From: Elusimicrobiota bacterium
GTDB taxonomy: Bacteria > Elusimicrobiota > Elusimicrobia > UBA1565 > UBA9628
Length of the DNA: 64,000 bases
Assembly (NCBI GenBank): GCA_028868375.1
Contig: JAGWUP010000002.1
Location: 25,841 to 89,840, forward strand
Direction of reading: 5' to 3'
A program made the translations under genes and the position numbers. The notes under the pieces were generated by a model. It saw only the letters and a list, made by a program, of their open reading frames with translations, searched no databases and was not told the DNA's origin. This document shows positions 44,312 through 52,352 of this stretch, one piece after another. How positions within the stretch are numbered: position 1 is the stretch's first letter; the number at the start of each line of letters is the position of its first letter.

Positions 44312-47300
44312 ATGAGCATGAGATCCTGCCTCTTGCTGTTGGCGGCTGTCCTGTCCGGTCCGGCTTGGTCCGCTCCCCTGGTCCGTCCGGAGGTTCCCGC
44401 TGCCGTGGAGGCCGGGACGGCGGTCTTGCCTCGCTTGGCTCCGCTTACCGCCATTCTTGCGCCATCGGCATTGACTGAGGCGGCGCTGACCGGCGGACGG
44501 GCATGGCCGGGGATGGCGGGCTTTGGGCCGGCCGCGGCCATATCTCACGCGGCCAAGCCTTCCGCCGCCCTGCCGGCCTTGCGGATGATGACTTATCCGG
44601 CCGACGCGGGAGAGAGCCTCGGGGAAAGCCCCGAAGCGCGCCCCTTGGCCGCCTCCGGCTTCGACGGCTCCATCTCCCACGGCGGCCTGGAGGCCGGCGG
44701 TTTCCCGGTCAATTTGGGCTTCGAGCCGCCCCATGCCCGCCCGCCGCGAGGCGGCGGCGGCGGGGGGGACGATTCTGGTGCGCCCCGAAACGATGGGGGC
44801 GAGGACGGCCAGCGCTTGTCTTTGGGCTTCTCCACTCCCGCCCAGGTGCGGATGCTCAAGTCCTTCGACAAGAGCGAGGCCTTGTCCGGGGTGGTCAAGT
44901 ACGTCAAGCCCACCGCGCCGGGCTGGAAACCGAGGCCCGCGGAGGTCCAGCCGGACGGCACCGTCAAGCGTTGGCTGACCAGCCGGCAATGGTGGGAGCA
45001 GTACCGGCCCGGCGTCGAGATCGACATCCGCTCCAAGACCGAGAACGTCTTCGGCGAGCCGACGGTGGTGACCAGCAACGTCATCAAGAAGATCCGCGAG
45101 GTCCAGAAAAAGGATCTGGCCGGCATCATACCGGCCAAGGAGCTGAAAGCCCCGATCAGGGAGATTCGCAAGGCCCTCGCTCGAGAATTGGAGGCTCATC
45201 GCAGGTCCTGGGAAAAGAACCCGCGCCGCGCCGCCTCCAGCCAGTACGCGGTGACGCTGGACTCGGAGGTCTGCCTGATCCGCTTCAAGTCCTTCGCCGA
45301 GCTTTACCGCGAGAAGCACGGCGACGTCGCCATGCCCCCGCCGGCGCAGGCGCGCGCTCGTCTGCCGCTCAAGATACGCGCCGAGGGCGCTCTCAGTCCC
45401 CTGGGCCGCTTCCTGCCCAAGGCGATCTTTTTCGACGTCGACGCGCTGGACGGACCGCTTGACGAGGACCAGCTCACCGACATGACCGAGTTGCAGCACT
45501 CCGGCGTGCAGTTCGTGGCCTTCTCGCGCAAGCCCTACGACGCTCCGGGCGGCTTGAAGGAGCGCCTGATCGATCGCATGTCGGTCTATCAATTGAACAT
45601 CCAACTGCCGCAGCATTTCATGGCCGTCACCGACGGGGGCGCGGTGATCTCGGATTTCCCGGAAGGGGGAACGAGGCGCGCCCTGGAGGTGGTTGGCTTT
45701 ACTTCAAACCAGCTCGAGATATTAAGCGACGCCGCCCGCAGGGCCGCCGAGGCGACGGGAATACCAGGGAGGGACCTTCACCCCGTCGCGGCCGGCCTGG
45801 ATGAGGAGCCGGGAAGTCAATCGCTGGCGGTCTCCTTTCAGCTCGATGCCGCCGGCGTCTCCGAGGAGCAAGCGCGGGATTGGTTGTCCCGTTTTAAGCA
45901 GCGCTTGACCGAGCAAGGCTTGCAGGTTCAAATCGAGCTGGGCCGGCAGGCCGACGGCTGGCGCCTGAGCGCTCGCCGCCGCGGCCTGAGCGAGGCGGCG
46001 CGCCGCGCGGTCCAATTGTTGGGCGAGCGCGCGGATTCATTCGTTCCGCCCTCGGCCGTGCTCGATCTCACCGACGATTTGCATGCCAACCCCAACCTCG
46101 ACTTCGCCGCGGCCAGCGGTCTTAAAGGAAGCGAGCGCTTCGAGAACGCCCTGGGCTTGCTGCTGCGCCAGTCGCGATTGAGGCCGCCCTACCGCCTCTC
46201 CGGCTCCGCCACGCGCGTGTCCAGCTTCCGCAGGGACCGCACCCGCTACTGGACCCAGTGGTTGATCCAGGAAGACCAGCTGGAGCAGAACGTCAATTTC
46301 TTCTCCGGGCACATCGTGCACGGCTCCCTGGACTGGGCGATCGCCCGATTGCAGGAGGGCCGGCGGCCCAGCGAGGAGGAGTTTTCGAACTATTTCCGCC
46401 GTATCTGGAAGCAGCGCATGGAGGAGAAGCCGGTGGCGCTCAAGCCCGGCGACGACATGCTGGGCTGGCAGGAGTCGCGCCTGGATGTGGCGCTGGGCAT
46501 GTACCGGGAGGCGCTGGCCGCCCACGACCGCGGCGAGCTCTTCGTCGGCACCGAGATACCGAACTTCATGATCCTGAAGGAGTATGAGCGGCGCACGCAA
46601 AAGTTGAAGGGGGAATACCTGTTCCGGACGATCTTCGACTGGGTGGCCCTGCGCCCCGATCCGGACCACCCCGGCCATGCCAGGCTGGTCGTCTACGACT
46701 TTAAGAGCGGCCCCATGCAGACGGCGCAGAATCTGGCCAAGGACGTCCAGGCATTGACCTACGCCCTGTTCGTCCGCGACCACTGGGTGGGCAGGCCCTT
46801 CCCCTACCCGTATTTCTCCGGCGACCGGGAGTTCTTCATCGACGGCGTCGACGTCGAGTTCGTCTACGGCCCGCAGCGCCAGCCGGCCCTGCTGACCGAT
46901 TGGTCCATCGATCTGGTCCGCGGCATCCTGGTCCGCACCCTCAAGCGCATGGACCATGAGGAAAAGCAGCTCCTGGGCTTGCTGCCGCGAAAAAAGCCCA
47001 AGAATAAGGCCGCCGCCCAGCCCACTGCCGCCGGCCAGGCGCCCGCCGCGCGCAAGCCGCGCCGCCGCGCGCCGCTCTCGCCGGAGCAGCGCCTTGAGCG
47101 CCGGGTGCAAGCCGCCATCGCCAGGGCCCAGGCCCTGGAGCTTCCCGCCGCGCCGGTCTTGCGGCTGAACGGCGCCGAAACCGCGCAGGAGGCCGTGGCC
47201 AAGCTCTCCGACGGCAACGCCGCCGCCACGAGCCTGCTGGAGTTCCTAGCCCGGAAGGATACGAACAACCTGCGCCTGCTCGACTCCGTCCGGCTCTACG

Positions 47301-47422
47301 GCGCGGACCTCGTCTCCGCTTTCGAGCTCTGCCGCGGCAACATCCAGAAGCTGCTCAAGCGCCTGCACGAGGACGCTACGCTTCTGGCCTCCGACGCCCT
47401 CAGGCGTGCGCGAACCAAGTAG
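44312..47422 (+). CDS. exported 1036-aa protein: low-complexity linker + HAD-like module + intact RecB/Cas4-like PD-(D/E)xK module
   Basis: Signal MSMRSCLLLLAAVLSGPAWSAP. FFDVDALDG (45428-45454). GHIVHG (46307-46324), IFDW (Asp 46637), VVYDFKSG (Asp 46697, Lys 46703), QALTY (46748-46762). Confidence 0.7.
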   Translation: MSMRSCLLLLAAVLSGPAWSAPLVRPEVPAAVEAGTAVLPRLAPLTAILAPSALTEAALTGGRAWPGMAGFGPAAAISHAAKPSAALPALRMMTYPADAGESLGESPEARPLAASGFDGSISHGGLEAGGFPVNLGFEPPHARPPRGGGGGGDDSGAPRNDGGEDGQRLSLGFSTPAQVRMLKSFDKSEALSGVVKYVKPTAPGWKPRPAEVQPDGTVKRWLTSRQWWEQYRPGVEIDIRSKTENVFGEPTVVTSNVIKKIREVQKKDLAGIIPAKELKAPIREIRKALARELEAHRRSWEKNPRRAASSQYAVTLDSEVCLIRFKSFAELYREKHGDVAMPPPAQARARLPLKIRAEGALSPLGRFLPKAIFFDVDALDGPLDEDQLTDMTELQHSGVQFVAFSRKPYDAPGGLKERLIDRMSVYQLNIQLPQHFMAVTDGGAVISDFPEGGTRRALEVVGFTSNQLEILSDAARRAAEATGIPGRDLHPVAAGLDEEPGSQSLAVSFQLDAAGVSEEQARDWLSRFKQRLTEQGLQVQIELGRQADGWRLSARRRGLSEAARRAVQLLGERADSFVPPSAVLDLTDDLHANPNLDFAAASGLKGSERFENALGLLLRQSRLRPPYRLSGSATRVSSFRRDRTRYWTQWLIQEDQLEQNVNFFSGHIVHGSLDWAIARLQEGRRPSEEEFSNYFRRIWKQRMEEKPVALKPGDDMLGWQESRLDVALGMYREALAAHDRGELFVGTEIPNFMILKEYERRTQKLKGEYLFRTIFDWVALRPDPDHPGHARLVVYDFKSGPMQTAQNLAKDVQALTYALFVRDHWVGRPFPYPYFSGDREFFIDGVDVEFVYGPQRQPALLTDWSIDLVRGILVRTLKRMDHEEKQLLGLLPRKKPKNKAAAQPTAAGQAPAARKPRRRAPLSPEQRLERRVQAAIARAQALELPAAPVLRLNGAETAQEAVAKLSDGNAAATSLLEFLARKDTNNLRLLDSVRLYGADLVSAFELCRGNIQKLLKRLHEDATLLASDALRRARTK

Positions 47423-47434
47423 GGCGGTCCTTAC

Positions 47435-47445
47435 TAGGTCCAAAG
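47435..47445 (+). repeat. intergenic motif TAGGNCCWWWG instance
   Basis: TAGGTCCAAAG, identical to 53558-53568. Confidence 0.55.
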
Positions 47446-47494
47446 CCTAGCACCCGCGACCCCAAGGGCCTAAGGCAACGGCTTCGGCATTCCA

Positions 47495-47500
47495 TAGAAT
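47495..47500 (+). promoter_or_regulatory. -10 TAGAAT 8 nt before the MFS-like gene ATG
   Basis: TAGAAT at 47495-47500, ATG at 47509. Confidence 0.4.
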
Positions 47501-47508
47501 TGCGCAAC

Positions 47509-49848
47509 ATGAAACCCTCCCCTTTGCGCACTCTCGCATCCACTCTGCTGGCAGCCGCGCTGATCCTGGTCTCGCCCGGCCTGGGCTGCTACCGCGCCGC
47601 GGCCGCCGCGTTGGAGCCCGGCGAGTCCGGAGCGCAGCGGCCACTGCCGATTCATGCGCTTGGCGGAGGCTTGGCATTATCTCAAGCCGCCGCGTTCGCG
47701 GCGATTTCCGGGCCCTCTTCTCTTGGCGGCGCGCTCCAGCTTCCGGGGCTTGCGGCCGGCGCCCTGCTTGGGCCGTCAGCTTTGCCTCGCGCGGCCTCTG
47801 AAGCCGCGCCGATTGCTACGGCGCTCGGCGCCGGGGAGGTCGCGCCCGAAGAGCGAGCTTCTGCGCAAGCGGCCCAAGCCCGTCCGGAAGCTGGGCCGGC
47901 GGCGTTGCAACGGGCGCCGGCAGCCGCGGTCGGAAAGATCGAGAAGGGCGTTGAGGCCGTCCAGGGGCAGGCTGCCGATCCGACGGCCTCCGGCGAGGCG
48001 GTGGCCGGCCAGGGCGAGACTCTCCAAGAAATTTTGCAGGGAGAAGAGGGCGCTTCGGCTTCAGGCGCCGTTAAGGCGCCGCCTGCCGGAGCCTCCGGCA
48101 TCACCGAGGCCGACGCTCTGACGGCGGCGGGCGCAAGCGCGCAGCCTCTCCCGCCGCCCAGAGTCGGGCGGTTCAATGCCGCCGGCGGCCTTATAGACCC
48201 GAAAGATCAGGAGCGCGGGATATGGGGCATGGCCGGCAACAGATTGTTTTCGATGATCGCCCAGCAGATCGGAACGATCGCCGTGTCCGTGATGATCATC
48301 GGGGCGATCGGCCCCGGCAACTTTTTGACTCAGGCCGCGATCGGCGCCGGGGCCAACATCGCCATGGCGCTGCTGGCCGGCAAGGTCGCCGCGAACGTGA
48401 CGCTGAAGAACTATGTTTTAGGCAACATCGCCCTGCGCTCCGCGATCTACGTGGCCAACGGGGTGTTCTGGAAGCTTGGTTGGGTGACCTATGGCCCGCT
48501 GTTGGCATTGACGATACTGAGTTCCTGGCAGTTTCAGTCGATGTTCGTCCTCGACCCCTCCCTTCAAACCGCCATCGTAGGCACCGATAAGGGCAAGCTG
48601 CGCTCGACCGAGGCCCTGATCCGGATGACGACGATCTTGGTGACCGTCGTCGCGGGGCTGGTCGTTGGCCCCGCGATGGTCAAGGACCTCGGATATTTCT
48701 GGACGTTCATTCTGATGGCAGCGATCCAGGCCTTGTCGATTCCTGTCATGAACCGCGCCTTGCCCGACGGCATCGGCGAGACCGGGCCCAGGCCCGGCCT
48801 GGGCAGGGTGTTCAGCGAGTCGGCGGCCTCGTTGGCGGGCTGGCTCTCGCGCCTGAATTGGCGTCAAGCCCCGCTGGCCGCGGCCTTCGCCCTTTCGCTG
48901 GCGACTTTCCTGATTCCGCTGCCCTGGGCGCCGTTTCTGTACTTCTGCCCGGTTCCTCTGATGCTGGTGAGCGGTTTCGCGTTGCTGCGCTCGCGAGGCT
49001 TCCGGGAACTGATCGTTCCCCATCCCATGCTGCGCGCCAGCCTGGCTTTCATCGTGCTCGGCGCCATTATCGAGCTGCCGCTGCGCAATTCCGTGTTCGG
49101 CGTGCTGGCCAAGGATGTCTTCTCCAATAAGGACGCGGCGGCGGCCTATCTGGGCAGCCTGATGGCCGCGTTCTATCTGGGCCAGTTGCCGTCCGGCACC
49201 GGAATCCTCGATCCCAAGCTGAAGGTGTCCTTGGGCCGTTTCAGCGTCTCCTTGCGCGAGATGATGAAATGGGTCGGCGCCGCCAGCGTGGCGGCTTGGA
49301 CGACGTTCGTGCTGATCCCGAAGCCGGCTTTGGCGATGCTCGTTTCCTGGCTCCAGCCCTGGGCCGGGATCGATCTGCTGGTGGCCGCGACCGTGGGGCT
49401 CTATCTGGTGCTGCATCACCTGACGCCGAGGCTCTCGGACTCGACCTGGATGAAGGTGGAGGCCGGAGCCTTGCTATTGATCGGATTGCCGCTGTTTTTC
49501 TGGGGGAGTCCGTGGGCGCTGTATCTGAGCGTGGCCGTCCTGGGTTTCGCGTTAAACGGCTCGCAGCGGATGATCAGCGCCACGTTCTGGTCCGCCTCCA
49601 AGCAGGTCTTGCAAGGCGATCAGTTCGAATACGTCAACGGCATCCGCCAGGCCTTCTTTAATATAGCCATGTCTTTGGGCGTGGCCCTCTACGCCGTGGC
49701 GCAGGCCGTGCCGGCGCTGTTCTCCGGCAATCCCCATGCCCATGCCTTCCCGTTCACGTGGTACGTGCTCGCCGGGCTCTTCGCTCTCTGCGCCGCGCTG
49801 TTCGTGCGGGGCAGCAAGCTTTTCGCCGTCGAGAAGGACAAGAAATAA
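47509..49848 (+). CDS. MFS-like (EntS/MFS_3-like) 12-TM membrane protein with ~240-aa low-complexity N-terminal extension
   Basis: Signal-like MKPSPLRTLASTLLAAALILVSPG, Ala/Gly/Pro-rich region, then about 12 hydrophobic helices starting at NRLFSMIAQQIGTIAV. Confidence 0.7.
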   Translation: MKPSPLRTLASTLLAAALILVSPGLGCYRAAAAALEPGESGAQRPLPIHALGGGLALSQAAAFAAISGPSSLGGALQLPGLAAGALLGPSALPRAASEAAPIATALGAGEVAPEERASAQAAQARPEAGPAALQRAPAAAVGKIEKGVEAVQGQAADPTASGEAVAGQGETLQEILQGEEGASASGAVKAPPAGASGITEADALTAAGASAQPLPPPRVGRFNAAGGLIDPKDQERGIWGMAGNRLFSMIAQQIGTIAVSVMIIGAIGPGNFLTQAAIGAGANIAMALLAGKVAANVTLKNYVLGNIALRSAIYVANGVFWKLGWVTYGPLLALTILSSWQFQSMFVLDPSLQTAIVGTDKGKLRSTEALIRMTTILVTVVAGLVVGPAMVKDLGYFWTFILMAAIQALSIPVMNRALPDGIGETGPRPGLGRVFSESAASLAGWLSRLNWRQAPLAAAFALSLATFLIPLPWAPFLYFCPVPLMLVSGFALLRSRGFRELIVPHPMLRASLAFIVLGAIIELPLRNSVFGVLAKDVFSNKDAAAAYLGSLMAAFYLGQLPSGTGILDPKLKVSLGRFSVSLREMMKWVGAASVAAWTTFVLIPKPALAMLVSWLQPWAGIDLLVAATVGLYLVLHHLTPRLSDSTWMKVEAGALLLIGLPLFFWGSPWALYLSVAVLGFALNGSQRMISATFWSASKQVLQGDQFEYVNGIRQAFFNIAMSLGVALYAVAQAVPALFSGNPHAHAFPFTWYVLAGLFALCAALFVRGSKLFAVEKDKK

Positions 49849-49886
49849 TACAGGCAGATTGCCCATCATGAAATCATTGATCCTTT

Positions 49887-49907
49887 CGCAGCCGTCCGAC
49901 TGGACGG
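49887..49907 (+). repeat. 21-nt perfect direct repeat, copy 1
   Basis: CGCAGCCGTCCGACTGGACGG, identical to 51656-51676. Confidence 0.95.
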
Positions 49908-49954
49908 ATGCCCGGCTTGGCTCGATCCTCGTACCAAAAATCAGGAAAACGGCG

Positions 49955-51571
49955 ATGAGACGCGCGAACTTGCCGATCCAAAGTCTCTTGCTTGCGCTGC
50001 TGCTGGCGATTCCCGCCGGTCGGTCGCGGGCGGCCAACGAAGGCGAATTGCCCGATGTCCCGCGACTGCCGCCGGCAGCCGCCCCCCAGGTGGGGTTCGA
50101 GGGATCGGCGCTCGTCGGCCAGCCGAGCGATGTCGCGCGGGCTCTCGCCGCGCCGCTGAAAGCGGCGCTGGACGTCAAGGCCGCTCCGGCCGCCTCCGCC
50201 CAGTCGGGAGAAGAGCTGCAGCGGGCGTTGCAGCGTCCATTGGCCCCGGTCGATGGACGCTTGCCCTACGCGTCGGTGCGCGCCGGCTTGGGCCTGGTCT
50301 CCTTGCTGAGCGGCGCCGTCTACAGCCAGCCGCCGGCCGGGCCGCGGCTGCTCCATCGGCTGATCGAAGGGCTGCCCTCCGTGCAGACCGTCGTCTCGGA
50401 TTACGACGACACGCTGGCTTTCACCCATGCCCCGCTATCCGAAGAGGCAGTCGATGCGATCCTCGGCGTGCTGCGCGCCGGCAAGTCCTTCGTCATCGCC
50501 AGCAATCGCCAAGCAAGGGTCGAGCCGGGAGACAAGCTGCCGGCGGTGCTGGAAAGCCTCAAGCCGTTGCGCGAACGTTTGTCAGAGTTGACGGACGAGC
50601 AGGTCCGGCGCTTGGTCGTCGTCACCGACGGGGGAGGGGAGATTGATCGCTTCGACCGGAGCGGCGAGCCTCGATCGGTCTACGAGGAGCTTGCGTTCAC
50701 GCCGCAACAGAAAGAGGCGATTGAACGAGCGGGAGGAGTCGTCGTATCCCGATTAAAACGGCTTGGCGCTGAATTGAATGCCCCTCCTAGATTGGCGGAC
50801 TACAACTATAGTTTGGTCTTTAAGGTGGGAACTCCACCGGATGTCGTCCAGAAGGCGGCCGCCATGGAGCAACGGCTGCTGGAGCAGCAGGGCCTGCGCT
50901 TCGAGGTGGAGGCGAGGATGGCCAAGGACCCGAGAAACCCTCCCTATACGACGTTGCGCAAGAACAACAAGGGGCTAGCGGTGCAAATGGCTCTCGGAAT
51001 GCTGGCTGCTGAGGGAGCGGTCGCTCGCGGCAGAAGGGTGCTGGTGCTGGGCGACAGTTTCTACAAGCCTAGAGCGGCGGCGCGGTTGCGCTGGGCTTTT
51101 CCCATCCTGGACCGTTGGGCTCGGCGCTTGAGCGGCCAGCCGCTGCCGCCGATCGGCAACGAGAGCGACAGGAAGATGGCGCTGGGGGTTCCTCGGGCCA
51201 GAGTCGTCAGCGTCGCGCTGACCGCCGATCCCAGGAGCAATGCCCTCGTGGCCGGCCTTTCCGGAGTTGAAAATGCTGATTTGCAAAGAGTGCCGCAGAG
51301 CGGGGATTGGGCCCGGTTCGCCGAGACGGTGAAAGTGTCGCGGTACGGTCCCGCGACCGCGCTGCGCCTGCTGCGGGCCGTCGGCTCCGAATCGGCGCGA
51401 AAGACGGGCGGTTTTTGGGGCCGGCTGGCGCGGGTCCTTTTGACGTTGGCGCTGCTGTTGGGGGCCGCCGTCGTCCTGGCTTTGTTGCTGGGCGCGGCGT
51501 CCCATTGGTTCGGCTTGGGCGGGGCGGGGGCGTCGCTGCCGCCGTTTAATCAGTGGCCGTTCTGGTTGTAA
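49955..51571 (+). CDS. HAD-superfamily phosphatase-like protein with signal peptide and C-terminal TM anchor
   Basis: MRRANLPIQSLLLALLLAIPAG signal. Canonical DxDxT in VVSDYDDTLAF (50399-50413). FVIASNRQ and VLVLGDS motifs. C-terminal LLTLALLLGAAVVLALLLGAA helix. An alternative start at 49868 is possible. Confidence 0.7.
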   Translation: MRRANLPIQSLLLALLLAIPAGRSRAANEGELPDVPRLPPAAAPQVGFEGSALVGQPSDVARALAAPLKAALDVKAAPAASAQSGEELQRALQRPLAPVDGRLPYASVRAGLGLVSLLSGAVYSQPPAGPRLLHRLIEGLPSVQTVVSDYDDTLAFTHAPLSEEAVDAILGVLRAGKSFVIASNRQARVEPGDKLPAVLESLKPLRERLSELTDEQVRRLVVVTDGGGEIDRFDRSGEPRSVYEELAFTPQQKEAIERAGGVVVSRLKRLGAELNAPPRLADYNYSLVFKVGTPPDVVQKAAAMEQRLLEQQGLRFEVEARMAKDPRNPPYTTLRKNNKGLAVQMALGMLAAEGAVARGRRVLVLGDSFYKPRAAARLRWAFPILDRWARRLSGQPLPPIGNESDRKMALGVPRARVVSVALTADPRSNALVAGLSGVENADLQRVPQSGDWARFAETVKVSRYGPATALRLLRAVGSESARKTGGFWGRLARVLLTLALLLGAAVVLALLLGAASHWFGLGGAGASLPPFNQWPFWL

Positions 51572-51603
51572 ATTTCTGGTTGTAAATTCACCGGGAGGAA
51601 GAG

Positions 51604-52305
51604 ATGAAAAGGTTGATCGCATTGGCGCTGATGGGAGCGTGCGCGGCGGCTTCCGCGCAGCCGTCCGACTGGACGGGGGGGACGGGGCGTGAGCTGGCGA
51701 AGCTCGGCGATGGCACGGGGCGGCAGATCGCCGAGCATCAATTGCGCCAGAAGGCGCTCGAGGTTGCGCTGGAGGGAATGGGCGACAGCGCCGGGGTCGG
51801 CGATCAGATCGCTACTTATCTTAAAGAGCACGACGTGGCGGTCGGCTTCGCCGAGCAATCGGAGCTGTCGAAGACCTCCAACGGCACGATCACGCTGAGC
51901 TGGAAGCTTCCCGCCTCGCCGCAGGCCATCGGCCTGCGCGTGGCCTGGGAGGCGTCGGCGATGATGCTTTCGGACATGCCGGTGTGCGCCGAGAGGGCGT
52001 ACATGCGCCGCAGCCTGACCGCGCGGGCGTTTGCCGAGATCGGCGGCGATCTGCAATCGCTGCTCGATCCCCAGTCCGCCTCCGGAGTCCGCGACGAGGA
52101 GCTGGCCGGGCAGCTGAAGATGTGGTTCGGGGCTCCTTACTCCAGCCCGTTGGATCCGTTCGCCACGCGTTTCAAATCCTTGCTGGTCCTAAGAGAAGAG
52201 GCGCGAGGAAACCAGGCGCTGATCAAGGCTTGCCAGCGGGCCGAGGCTCGCTTCCTGCAGTTCCGCAAGGACGAGCTCATCTGGCTGGCGACCTACCCGC
52301 GCTGA
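51604..52305 (+). CDS. hypothetical secreted protein (233 aa)
   Basis: GGGAGGAAG Shine-Dalgarno site. Signal MKRLIALALMGACAAASA. No family recognised. Confidence 0.6.
   Translation: MKRLIALALMGACAAASAQPSDWTGGTGRELAKLGDGTGRQIAEHQLRQKALEVALEGMGDSAGVGDQIATYLKEHDVAVGFAEQSELSKTSNGTITLSWKLPASPQAIGLRVAWEASAMMLSDMPVCAERAYMRRSLTARAFAEIGGDLQSLLDPQSASGVRDEELAGQLKMWFGAPYSSPLDPFATRFKSLLVLREEARGNQALIKACQRAEARFLQFRKDELIWLATYPR
51656..51676 (+). repeat. 21-nt perfect direct repeat, copy 2
   Basis: CGCAGCCGTCCGACTGGACGG. Encodes AQPSDWT at the signal-peptide cleavage region of the 233-aa protein. Confidence 0.95.
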
Positions 52306-52317
52306 CGGTCGGGCTGC

Positions 52318-52346
52318 TTGGCCGCGCCCGCGGCGATTGCTAGAAT
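52318..52346 (+). promoter_or_regulatory. promoter TTGGCC-N17-TAGAAT, ATG 6 nt downstream
   Basis: TTGGCC at 52318-52323, TAGAAT at 52341-52346, ATG at 52353. Confidence 0.5.
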
Positions 52347-52352
52347 CGCTGC

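Noticed and set aside
44762-44768. G7 homopolymer (plus G6 runs at 42411 and 42498) inside the giant exported-protein genes, considered as a possible slipped-strand phase-variation switch.
   Set aside because: Equally long G runs occur inside essential genes (dnaB 17872-17878, pruA 8468-8474). They are therefore a compositional by-product of Gly codons, not a specific switch.
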